Source: Betaproteobacteria bacterium (lineage in GTDB: Bacteria > Pseudomonadota > Gammaproteobacteria > Burkholderiales > SG8-41). From it: a DNA stretch of 32,000 bases. This document shows, piece by piece, positions 9,064 through 16,060 of this stretch. Under the pieces are notes generated by a model. That model worked only from the letters and a program-made list of their open reading frames with translations, was not told the DNA's origin and ran no database searches. Within the stretch, counting starts at the first letter, position 1. Each line of letters starts with the position of its first letter. The stretch is from NCBI GenBank assembly GCA_021732605.1, contig JAKFUS010000034.1:51146-83145 (forward strand), given 5' to 3'. Position numbers and translations under genes: made by a program.

Positions 9064-10047
9064 ATGAAACCTGCATTTCAGATTCTGATGTCCGCATTTA
9101 TCGGCATCGCGGCGGGTATTGCCGCCTCGCCCATTATCGCCGCGGAATATCCGACTAAACCCATACGTCTGATGGTCGGTTTTCCGGCAGGAGGCGCGGT
9201 GGATGTGACGGCACGCACTATTGCACCGCAGTTATCCGAAAGCCTCAAACAGCAGATCATTATCGATAACCGCGGCGGGGCGCACGGCAGTATCGCCGCC
9301 GAGATTGTCGCGCGCGCAGCACCGGACGGGCATACGCTGTTGTTGGGTACTATCAGCATATTGGCGATCAACCCGGCGCTCTACAGGAAACTGCCCTATG
9401 ATTCGATCAGCGATTTCTCGCCGATCAGTATTCTGGTTTCCGTTTCAAATATCGTGGTCGCCCACCCCTCAACCGGCGTCAGCACCATGAACGATCTGAT
9501 TGCACTTGCCAGGACTAAACACGGTGTGCTGACCTATGCCACGTCCGGTGCTGGAAGTCCGGGGCATCTAGCGGGGGAGCTGCTTAAAACGCTGGCTAAG
9601 ATCGACATGACACACGTGCCCTACAAGGGCGGGGGACCGGCGATGTCGGATCTCCTTGGCGGGCAGGTCAACACCATGTTTGCAACAGTTTCCACTGCTG
9701 TTCCACACCTAAAATCGGGAAAGCTGAAGGGACTCGCCGTAACCTCCTCGCGCCGCGCCATTGCCCTTCCTGAGGTGCCGACGATCGCGGAGGCGACCGG
9801 CTTCCGCAGTTATGAGGCAAACAATTGGTATGGCATGCTGGCGCCGGCCAAGACACCGACTGCAATCATCGACAAGCTGAACACCGGGTTGCGCGCTGTC
9901 CTCAACCAACCCGAAGTGCGGGAAAAACTTCTCGCCCAAGGATTGGAGGCCACGCCGAGCACGCCGGTCGAGTTCAGCAGTTATCTTAAAAACGAAATTG
10001 TAAAATGGACCAAGGTCGCGAAAGAGGCGGGTGCGCGGGTCGAGTAA
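9064..10047 (+). CDS. Bug/TctC-family substrate-binding protein (copy 5)
   Basis: Signal peptide MKPAFQILMSAFIGIAAGIAASPIIAA. Blocks KPIRLMVGFPAGGAVD, IDNRGGAHGSIA, PDGHTLLLG, MTHVPYKGGGPA, YGMLAPAKTP. 327 aa. Confidence 0.9.
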   Translation: MKPAFQILMSAFIGIAAGIAASPIIAAEYPTKPIRLMVGFPAGGAVDVTARTIAPQLSESLKQQIIIDNRGGAHGSIAAEIVARAAPDGHTLLLGTISILAINPALYRKLPYDSISDFSPISILVSVSNIVVAHPSTGVSTMNDLIALARTKHGVLTYATSGAGSPGHLAGELLKTLAKIDMTHVPYKGGGPAMSDLLGGQVNTMFATVSTAVPHLKSGKLKGLAVTSSRRAIALPEVPTIAEATGFRSYEANNWYGMLAPAKTPTAIIDKLNTGLRAVLNQPEVREKLLAQGLEATPSTPVEFSSYLKNEIVKWTKVAKEAGARVE

Positions 10048-10197
10048 TGCTGTGCCCGGGGTATCAAGGCTGCTGCGAACTTCTGCAGAATGTGGGGCGC
10101 CACTCAGGCTGGTTCAAGTGCTGGAGGGTTGAGCGGAGCGTGCTGCGGTTTTGAAGTATCCTGAAAACCTGACAACCGGTTGCGAAAGGGGATTGCA

Positions 10198-10692
10198 ATG
10201 GCACTTAATTTCGATAAAAGGAAGGCCGGTATGACTGCGGCTGGTTTGGCGGTCCTGGGCGTGGCCGGTTGGCTGGCCTGGGACATGTTCATGGGCGCGC
10301 CGCCCCCGCCACCGATTGTGATCAAGGCCAAGCCGCCAGCGGTCAAGCCGGCTGCGCAGGCCGAAGCCCCGAAACCGGCTGAGGCGCCGGTTGCCGGCAA
10401 CCCGCCGCAAGTGGCCAAGGCGGGCGACGCGGCTCCTGCAGTGAAACCTGCGGTTGAAGTGACGGCAGCGAAGCCGGCTGCTGTGGCAACCGCACCTGCG
10501 CCTGTTGCTGTGGCGCCTGTTCCTGCTGCACCCGCTCCGGCTGTGCCGGTTCCGATAGTTGTTGCTGCGGCTGCCGCCCCGGCTGAAGCAGGCCCGCGCG
10601 CGCTGACCGCTCGTTCAAAACTCGATGCACGGGGTTGCCTGAAGCAGGAGACTAACCAGGCTATTCAGCGCTGCGCCGAGGGTTTTCGCTGA
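10198..10692 (+). CDS. membrane-anchored Pro/Ala/Lys-rich low-complexity protein, function unknown
   Basis: GGGGA (10188-10192) 5 nt before ATG 10198; the TTG 10180 of the ORF track is less likely. One N-terminal TM helix (TAAGLAVLGVAGWLAWDMFMG), then about 110 aa of P/A/K/V repeats (PPPPP, KPPAVKPAA, APAPVAVAPVPAAPAPAVPVP). Short C-terminal tail with Cys-X11-Cys (CLKQETNQAIQRC). A strong terminator follows. Antisense frames are also open because of the low complexity. Confidence 0.6.
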   Translation: MALNFDKRKAGMTAAGLAVLGVAGWLAWDMFMGAPPPPPIVIKAKPPAVKPAAQAEAPKPAEAPVAGNPPQVAKAGDAAPAVKPAVEVTAAKPAAVATAPAPVAVAPVPAAPAPAVPVPIVVAAAAAPAEAGPRALTARSKLDARGCLKQETNQAIQRCAEGFR

Positions 10693-10739
10693 TCGCGGAA
10701 AACTAATGATGCAAGAAGCGGACATAAACAGCGTGCAAT

Positions 10740-10769
10740 AAAAAAGCGCGGCTGATGCCGCGCTTTTTT
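10740..10769. terminator. bidirectional rho-independent terminator between convergent genes
   Basis: AAAAAA(10740-45)-stem AGCGCGGC (10745-52)-loop TGAT-stem GCCGCGCT (10757-64)-TTTTTT (10764-69). An A tract lies on one side and a T tract on the other. A further T9 run is at 10775-10783. Confidence 0.8.
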
Positions 10770-10797
10770 ACGTTCTTTTTTTTGCCGCCTGAATTGC

Positions 10798-11784
10798 TCA
10801 GCCGCCGGAGGCCGCCTTGATGCCGGCAGACTTCACCAGTTTGCCGAATTTATCGACTTCGGCTTTCAGGTAGGCGTGGAACTGTTCCGGTGAGCCGCCG
10901 ATGATCTGTGCGCCGACATCGGCGTGGCGCTTCTGAATGTCCGGATCAGCGAGGATACCGGTGAATTCCTTGTGCAGCCGGCCGATGATCGGCGCCGGGG
11001 TGTTTGCAGGTGCGGCGACGGCAGACCACGAAGAGTTTTCATATCCGGCGATACCCGCCTCCGCGATCGTCGGCAGTTCCGACAGCACCGCCAGACGCTT
11101 CGCACCGGTGGTAGCCAGTGCGCGTACGCGGTTGGCCTGCACGAAGGGGACAGTTGAGATTGCGTTGTTGAACAATACCTGGATCTGCCCGGCGATGACG
11201 TCGGTCAGGGACGGCGCAGAACTCTTGTATGGCACGTGGATCATTTTGGTGTTGGTCATCAGCGTGAACAGTTCGCCACTGATGTGACCGAAGCCGCCGA
11301 CGCCCGACGAACCGTAATTCAGTTCGTTGGGGCGGGCCTTGGCGAGGGCAACCAGTTCCTTGACCGATTTTGCCGGCACCGAAGGATGCACCACCAGCAC
11401 GCCGGGTGAGGTCGAGATCTGGATGATTGGCGCGAAATCCTTCAGCACATCGAAGGGCAGTTTGTAGAGATGCGGATTCACCGCCCAGGTGCCGACCGTC
11501 GCGATGACGATGGTGTAGCCGTCGGGCGGCGCCTTGGCGGTCAGTTCCATGCCGATGTTGCCACCGGCGCCGCCACGATTGTCGACCAGCACCTGCTGGC
11601 CGAGACGCTGGGCGAGTTTGTCGCCAAGCATGCGGCCCTGGATGTCAGTGGGTCCGCCGGGGACGAAAGGCACGATAAAACGCACGGGTTTACTGGGATA
11701 GGTCTGCGCGTGGAGCGGTGCGGCAACGCATGCCGACAGGGACAGGGCCAATGCGAGATAACGGTACGAATTCGGCTTCATCAC
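10798..11784 (-). CDS. Bug/TctC-family substrate-binding protein (copy 6)
   Basis: Minus strand AGGAGGAGGA followed by GTG 11784 / ATG 11781. Signal peptide MKPNSYRYLALALSLSACVAAPLHA. Blocks KPVRFIVPFVPGGPTD, VDNRGGAGGNIG, PDGYTIVI, MIHVPYKSSAPS. Confidence 0.9.
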   Translation of the reverse strand: MMKPNSYRYLALALSLSACVAAPLHAQTYPSKPVRFIVPFVPGGPTDIQGRMLGDKLAQRLGQQVLVDNRGGAGGNIGMELTAKAPPDGYTIVIATVGTWAVNPHLYKLPFDVLKDFAPIIQISTSPGVLVVHPSVPAKSVKELVALAKARPNELNYGSSGVGGFGHISGELFTLMTNTKMIHVPYKSSAPSLTDVIAGQIQVLFNNAISTVPFVQANRVRALATTGAKRLAVLSELPTIAEAGIAGYENSSWSAVAAPANTPAPIIGRLHKEFTGILADPDIQKRHADVGAQIIGGSPEQFHAYLKAEVDKFGKLVKSAGIKAASGG

Positions 11785-11830
11785 ATCCTCCTCCTTGATG
11801 TTGTATGAACTGCGGGTCCATGAACCGTGG

Positions 11831-12490
11831 TCATGCGCGCAAAGTCTCCTTCAGGCGCAGTACCGCGGAATCGGGGCTGGTCAGCACGCGGCGTCCGGTC
11901 TGTGCCGGAATCAGGCGTGCTGCGCTGGCCATCGAAAATTGGCCGAGCACCAGCGCATCGCAGGGTATCAATTCCGCGGCGGCGTCGGCGATCAGCCGGT
12001 CATGGGCGCCGGCATCGCCGCGCTGAAGGGCGGCGAGCGCGTCGGGCAGGGTACGCGTGGTGATGGTGATGGCTTGTTTTTTTGCGCGCGCCATGCCTTC
12101 GAGCTCGGCTTTCAGGGCGGGAATGCTCGGCGTGAACGTCGCGATCAGTCCAATGCGATTGCCGGCAGCGAGTGCTTCATCAAGCATGGCCTCATTGGGT
12201 TTCAACACGGGGATGGTCATGGCGGCAGCCGTCGCTTCAATGGCGGGGCCGAAAGCCGAGCAGGTGAACAGGATTGCATCGGCGCCGCTGCTTTGAACAT
12301 AGCGCGCCAGTGTCAAAAAGCGGTCGATCATGGCGTCGGTCAGACGGCCTTCGGCGGCAAGGTCCGCGGACAGGGAATCATCGAGCAGATTGGTGGTGCG
12401 CGCAGCCGGCCACAAACGGCCAAATGCGGCGACAATGGGATCGACGGCGAGCGGAGTCGCATGGATCAGGGCGATACGCGGGTGTTTCAT
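11831..12490 (-). CDS. Asp/Glu/hydantoin-racemase-superfamily protein (racemase/isomerase/decarboxylase type)
   Basis: 219 aa. MKHPRIALIHATP..., GADAILFTCSAFG (candidate catalytic Cys77), IPVLKPNEAM, RIGLIATFTPS, ALVLGQFSMA. Sits 46 nt upstream of Bug copy 6 on the same strand, so probably co-transcribed. No obvious SD. Confidence 0.7.
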   Translation of the reverse strand: MKHPRIALIHATPLAVDPIVAAFGRLWPAARTTNLLDDSLSADLAAEGRLTDAMIDRFLTLARYVQSSGADAILFTCSAFGPAIEATAAAMTIPVLKPNEAMLDEALAAGNRIGLIATFTPSIPALKAELEGMARAKKQAITITTRTLPDALAALQRGDAGAHDRLIADAAAELIPCDALVLGQFSMASAARLIPAQTGRRVLTSPDSAVLRLKETLRA

Positions 12491-12591
12491 GACAGCAGAG
12501 TATTATGGGTTGAGTTGTTATCAGACAAGCAAGGCGGGACATTCTACCCGCGCATTGTACCCGTTTTGCCCCGTTGAGCAGCCGTCAGGGT

Positions 12592-12619
12592 TTGACAAAC
12601 AGGGCCATGCGTGGACAAT
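12592..12619 (+). promoter_or_regulatory. possible sigma-70-type promoter for the 12730 gene
   Basis: TTGACA (12592-97), 16-nt spacer, GACAAT (12614-19), in the 237-bp divergent intergenic region. The -10 hexamer is weak (4/6). Confidence 0.25.
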
Positions 12620-12729
12620 CCGCGTATCGCACAGCGCCCCGTTCCGCAGCTCATGCGGCGGTTCTGAAAATCCGATCACAGCCGGTTGCACAGCTGTATC
12701 CATAAATCACCATAATCGAGGAGAAATTG

Positions 12730-13707
12730 ATGAGAAAGCTTGTTGCCGTTCTGGCTGGTTGCGTCGCCGTCGCGGGGGCGCTGGTTGTGACTGCGCCGGT
12801 CCATGCGCAGGCCTATCCCAGCAAGCCGGTGCGGCTGATATTGCCGTTCCCGCCCGGTGGCGGCACCGACATCCTGGGGCGCATCGTGGCGCTGAAGCTG
12901 GGAGAAGAGCTCGGCCAGCAGGTGATTGCCGAGAACCGGCCCGGTGCCGGCGGCAATGTCGGGGCAGAATACACGGTGCGCCAACCGGCCGACGGTTACA
13001 CCATCGTGCTCTGCTCGCCGTCGATTTCGATCAGCCCGAGCCTTTACAAGAAACTCAATTACGATCCTGCCAAGGACCTCGCGCCAGTTTCGCTGGTGGC
13101 ATCGATACCCAACCTGCTGGTGGTGCATCCCTCGGTGCCGGCGAAGACGCTGCAGGAGTTCACCGCGCTGGCCCGCAAGAATCCGGGCAAGCTCAACTTC
13201 GGTTCCGGGGGCGCCGGCACCACCAATGATCTCGGCGCGCGTTATTTCATCGCCGAGAACAAGCTCGATATCGCGATGATTCCGCACAAGGGCGCCAATC
13301 AGGCGCAGACCGCGTTGATTTCCGGTGAGGTCGATGTGCTGGTGATCGGCACTGCCGCCGCTGCGCCGTTCCTCAAGGCCGGCAAACTGCGCGCACTCGC
13401 CGCCCTCGGCGACAAGCGCGATGCCGAAGCGCCCGGCGTGCCCACCGTCGCTGAAGCCGGCATGCCGTGGTTCAAGGTCGATACCTGGTACGGTGTGCTG
13501 GCGCCGGCGGGAACGCCGGCCCCGATCATCAACCGGCTGAATGCCGCGTTTGTCAAAATCCTTAACGATCCTGCCACGCGCAAGCTGCTCGCCGCGCGCG
13601 GCACGAATCCGATGACCAGCACCCCGGATGAATTCGCGCGTTTCATCAAAAGCGAAACCGAGCGCTGGGGCAAGGTCGTGCGTGCTTCCGGCGCGACCGC
13701 TGATTAA
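12730..13707 (+). CDS. Bug/TctC-family substrate-binding protein (copy 7)
   Basis: GAGGAGA 12717-12723 then ATG 12730; the TTG 12727 of the ORF track is less likely. Signal peptide MRKLVAVLAGCVAVAGALVVTAPVHA. Blocks KPVRLILPFPPGGGTD, ENRPGAGGNVG, ADGYTIVL, YGVLAPAGTP. Confidence 0.9.
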   Translation: MRKLVAVLAGCVAVAGALVVTAPVHAQAYPSKPVRLILPFPPGGGTDILGRIVALKLGEELGQQVIAENRPGAGGNVGAEYTVRQPADGYTIVLCSPSISISPSLYKKLNYDPAKDLAPVSLVASIPNLLVVHPSVPAKTLQEFTALARKNPGKLNFGSGGAGTTNDLGARYFIAENKLDIAMIPHKGANQAQTALISGEVDVLVIGTAAAAPFLKAGKLRALAALGDKRDAEAPGVPTVAEAGMPWFKVDTWYGVLAPAGTPAPIINRLNAAFVKILNDPATRKLLAARGTNPMTSTPDEFARFIKSETERWGKVVRASGATAD

Positions 13708-13711
13708 TCAT

Positions 13712-13792
13712 CCCAAATAAGCTACCCAAATAAGCTACCCAAAAAAGCGTATCCAAAAAGCGTATCCATACAAGCGCATCAAAAAATAATAT
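13712..13792 (+). repeat. six-unit head-to-tail 13-15-bp tandem repeat in the intercistronic region
   Basis: CCCAAATAAGCTA (13712-24), CCCAAATAAGCTA (13725-37), CCCAAAAAAGCGTAT (13738-52), CCAAAAAGCGTAT (13753-65), CCATACAAGCGCAT (13766-79), CAAAAAATAATAT (13780-92). The SD GGGAGG of the 13809 gene follows directly. Confidence 0.9.
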
Positions 13793-13808
13793 CCGGGAGG
13801 AAAGAGTC

Positions 13809-14780
13809 ATGAGTTGTCTGAAAATTGCCGCCAGTGTTCTGGTCACCGCAGTCGCTTTGGCCGCAGGTGCGGCCCAGGCGCAGGATTACCCGACGCGCCC
13901 GGTGCGCATGATCGTGCCTTTTGCCGCCGGCGGTCCGACCGATGTGATTGCGCGGGTGGTTGCGCAGAAACTGACCGAGGGCATGGGCCAGCAGGTCGTT
14001 ATCGACAACCGCGCCGGCGCCGGCGGCAACATCGGCATGGGGCTGGCCGCAGCGTCCGCGCCCGACGGCTATACGCTGATTGTCGTCAGTTCCAGTTTTG
14101 TGGTGAACCCGGGCTTGTACGCGAGCATTCCCTACGATCCATACAAGAGCTTCATCCCCGTCTCCAACATGGCGGCTTCGCCCAATGTGTTTACGGTGCA
14201 TCCGACCATTGCAGCAAAAACGATGAAAGACCTGCTGACGCTGGTCGCGGTAGATCCGAAAAAATTCTCGGTGGCGACCCCCGGCATCGGCACTACGCCG
14301 GATCTGTCGGCGCAACTGCTGAAGCTCACCACCAAGCTCGATTTCATCACCGTGCCTTTCGGTGGTGCAGGTCCGGCGGTGGGCGCCGTGGTTGCCAACC
14401 AGGTACAGATCGGCTGCACGGCTTTGCCGCCGACCACACCGCACATCAATGGCGGACGGCTGCGTGCGATTGCGGTCACCGGTCCCAAGCGTTCAGGTGC
14501 TATACCTGATGTGCCGACCGTGGCGGAAGTCGGCTTCAAAGGGCAGGAAGCGGATACGCTGCAGGGCCTGCTGGTGCCGGCGGGTACTTCCAAGGCGATC
14601 GTCGCCAAGCTTCACGGGCAGGTGGCGAAGATGATGATGCAGCCGGATGTGAAGGCGCGTATCGAAGGTCTGGGTTTTGACATCATCGCCAGTTCGCCTG
14701 ACGCGTTTGCCGCGCAGGTCAAGGTCGAAGTGGAGAAATGGACCAAGGTCGTCAAGGCCGCCGGCATCAAGGTCAATTGA
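13809..14780 (+). CDS. Bug/TctC-family substrate-binding protein (copy 8)
   Basis: GGGAGG SD, ATG 13809. Signal peptide MSCLKIAASVLVTAVALAAGAAQA. Blocks RPVRMIVPFAAGGPTD, IDNRAGAGGNIG, PDGYTLIVV, FITVPFGGAGPA. Confidence 0.9.
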   Translation: MSCLKIAASVLVTAVALAAGAAQAQDYPTRPVRMIVPFAAGGPTDVIARVVAQKLTEGMGQQVVIDNRAGAGGNIGMGLAAASAPDGYTLIVVSSSFVVNPGLYASIPYDPYKSFIPVSNMAASPNVFTVHPTIAAKTMKDLLTLVAVDPKKFSVATPGIGTTPDLSAQLLKLTTKLDFITVPFGGAGPAVGAVVANQVQIGCTALPPTTPHINGGRLRAIAVTGPKRSGAIPDVPTVAEVGFKGQEADTLQGLLVPAGTSKAIVAKLHGQVAKMMMQPDVKARIEGLGFDIIASSPDAFAAQVKVEVEKWTKVVKAAGIKVN

Positions 14781-14839
14781 TGGTACCTGTGCGCAGCGCC
14801 GCGACCATGCGCATCGAGATTTGAGCGGGCGAGAACATC

Positions 14840-16006
14840 TTGCGCATCACTGACATCCGCGAGATTTCGATTCCACTGAATTCGGGCCTGCGCAACGCGG
14901 TGTTTGATTTCAGCGAAATGACGACTTCGGTGGTCGCCGTAGTTACCGATGTTGTGCGCGAGGGCAAACCCGTCATCGGGTTTGCTTTTAATTCCACCGG
15001 ACGTTATGCCTGCGGCGCACAGATGCGTGCACGCTTCATTCCGCGCATCCTCAAGGCCAAACCGGAATCGCTGCTTAATGCGGCCGGCGACAACATCGAT
15101 CCGGAAAAAATTCTCGCGGCAATGATGCAGCGGGAGAAACCCGGTGGCCACACCGAACGTTCGGTTGCCATCGGCACCATCGAAGTGGCTTGCTGGGACG
15201 CCGCGGCGAAAATAGCCGGCCTGCCGCTGCACGCGTTGATAGCAAAAATATATAATAAAAACAATAAGATAGATAAGGTTCCTTGTTATGTCGGTGGAGG
15301 CTGGTATGAGCCGGGCAAGGGCATCCCTGAATTGCTGGACGAAATCCGCGGCAAATTCGCGCAGGGTTACCGCACCATGAAAATCAAGGTCGGCGGGCTG
15401 TCGATCGCGGAGGATGTGGCGCGTGTTGAAGCGGCATTGAAGATCGTCGGATCCAGCAAAAATCTCGCCGTCGATGCCAATGCCGGATTTGACCGTGATC
15501 GCGCGCTGGCGTATGCCAAAGCGCTCGCGCCCTATGACCTGCGCTGGTTTGAAGAACCCACCGATCCGCTGGATTTTGCATTGCTCGCCGAAGTCTCGGC
15601 GATTTACGCCGCGCCCATCGGCACCGGCGAAAACCTGTTTTCGACGCAGGACGTGCGCAACCTCGTGCGTTTCGGCGGCCTGCGCGCCGACCGCGACATC
15701 ATCCAGACTGATGTGCCGCAGTCGTACGGCATCGCGCAGTTCGCAAAGACACTGGCGATGCTGCAGGAACACGGCTGGTCGCCACAATCGGTGTTCCCGC
15801 ATGGCGGCAATCAGATGACGCTGCACATTGTCGGCGGTTTTGGCCTCGGCGGCTGCGAGGCTTATCCGGGGGTGTTCGGCATGTTCGCCGGGTTTGCCGA
15901 CGATGCGCGGGTCGAGGATGGTTATCTGAAACTGCCGGATCGTCCCGGCATCGGTTTTGAAGCGCAAAACGCGCTGTATGCCACAATGCGCCAGCTGATT
16001 TCTTGA
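14840..16006 (+). CDS. enolase-superfamily (mandelate racemase subgroup) acid-sugar dehydratase, D-tartrate dehydratase (TarD)-like
   Basis: TTG start at 14840; no in-frame ATG is available upstream. 388 aa. Catalytic and metal motifs MKIKVGG (KxK), AVDANAGF, WFEEP, TGENLF, FPHGGN. The N-terminal half (MTTSVVAVVTDVVREGKPVIGFAFNSTGRY..., EKPGGHTERSVAIGTIEVACWDA) closely resembles my recollection of Bradyrhizobium TarD. Not verified by alignment. Confidence 0.8.
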   Translation: MRITDIREISIPLNSGLRNAVFDFSEMTTSVVAVVTDVVREGKPVIGFAFNSTGRYACGAQMRARFIPRILKAKPESLLNAAGDNIDPEKILAAMMQREKPGGHTERSVAIGTIEVACWDAAAKIAGLPLHALIAKIYNKNNKIDKVPCYVGGGWYEPGKGIPELLDEIRGKFAQGYRTMKIKVGGLSIAEDVARVEAALKIVGSSKNLAVDANAGFDRDRALAYAKALAPYDLRWFEEPTDPLDFALLAEVSAIYAAPIGTGENLFSTQDVRNLVRFGGLRADRDIIQTDVPQSYGIAQFAKTLAMLQEHGWSPQSVFPHGGNQMTLHIVGGFGLGGCEAYPGVFGMFAGFADDARVEDGYLKLPDRPGIGFEAQNALYATMRQLIS

Positions 16007-16032
16007 CCTTGAATCGTCTTGACCTTGAATCG
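16001..16032 (+). repeat. perfect 16-bp tandem duplication
   Basis: TCTTGACCTTGAATCG (16001-16016) is immediately repeated (16017-16032). The first copy contains the TGA stop (16004-16006) of the dehydratase gene. Confidence 0.95.
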
Positions 16033-16060
16033 AACAATAACAACCATCAGGAGGGGAGCC

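Noticed and set aside
10198-10692. Pro/Ala-rich protein as TonB or an anti-sigma factor
   Set aside because: It lacks the ~90-aa TonB C-terminal domain. It also lacks a cytoplasmic zinc-finger or anti-sigma domain, since only about 10 cytoplasmic residues are present. No ExbBD or ECF sigma gene is nearby.
13712-13792. Possible CRISPR array
   Set aside because: The units are contiguous (13-15 bp) with no spacers, are far shorter than CRISPR repeats, and no cas genes are present.
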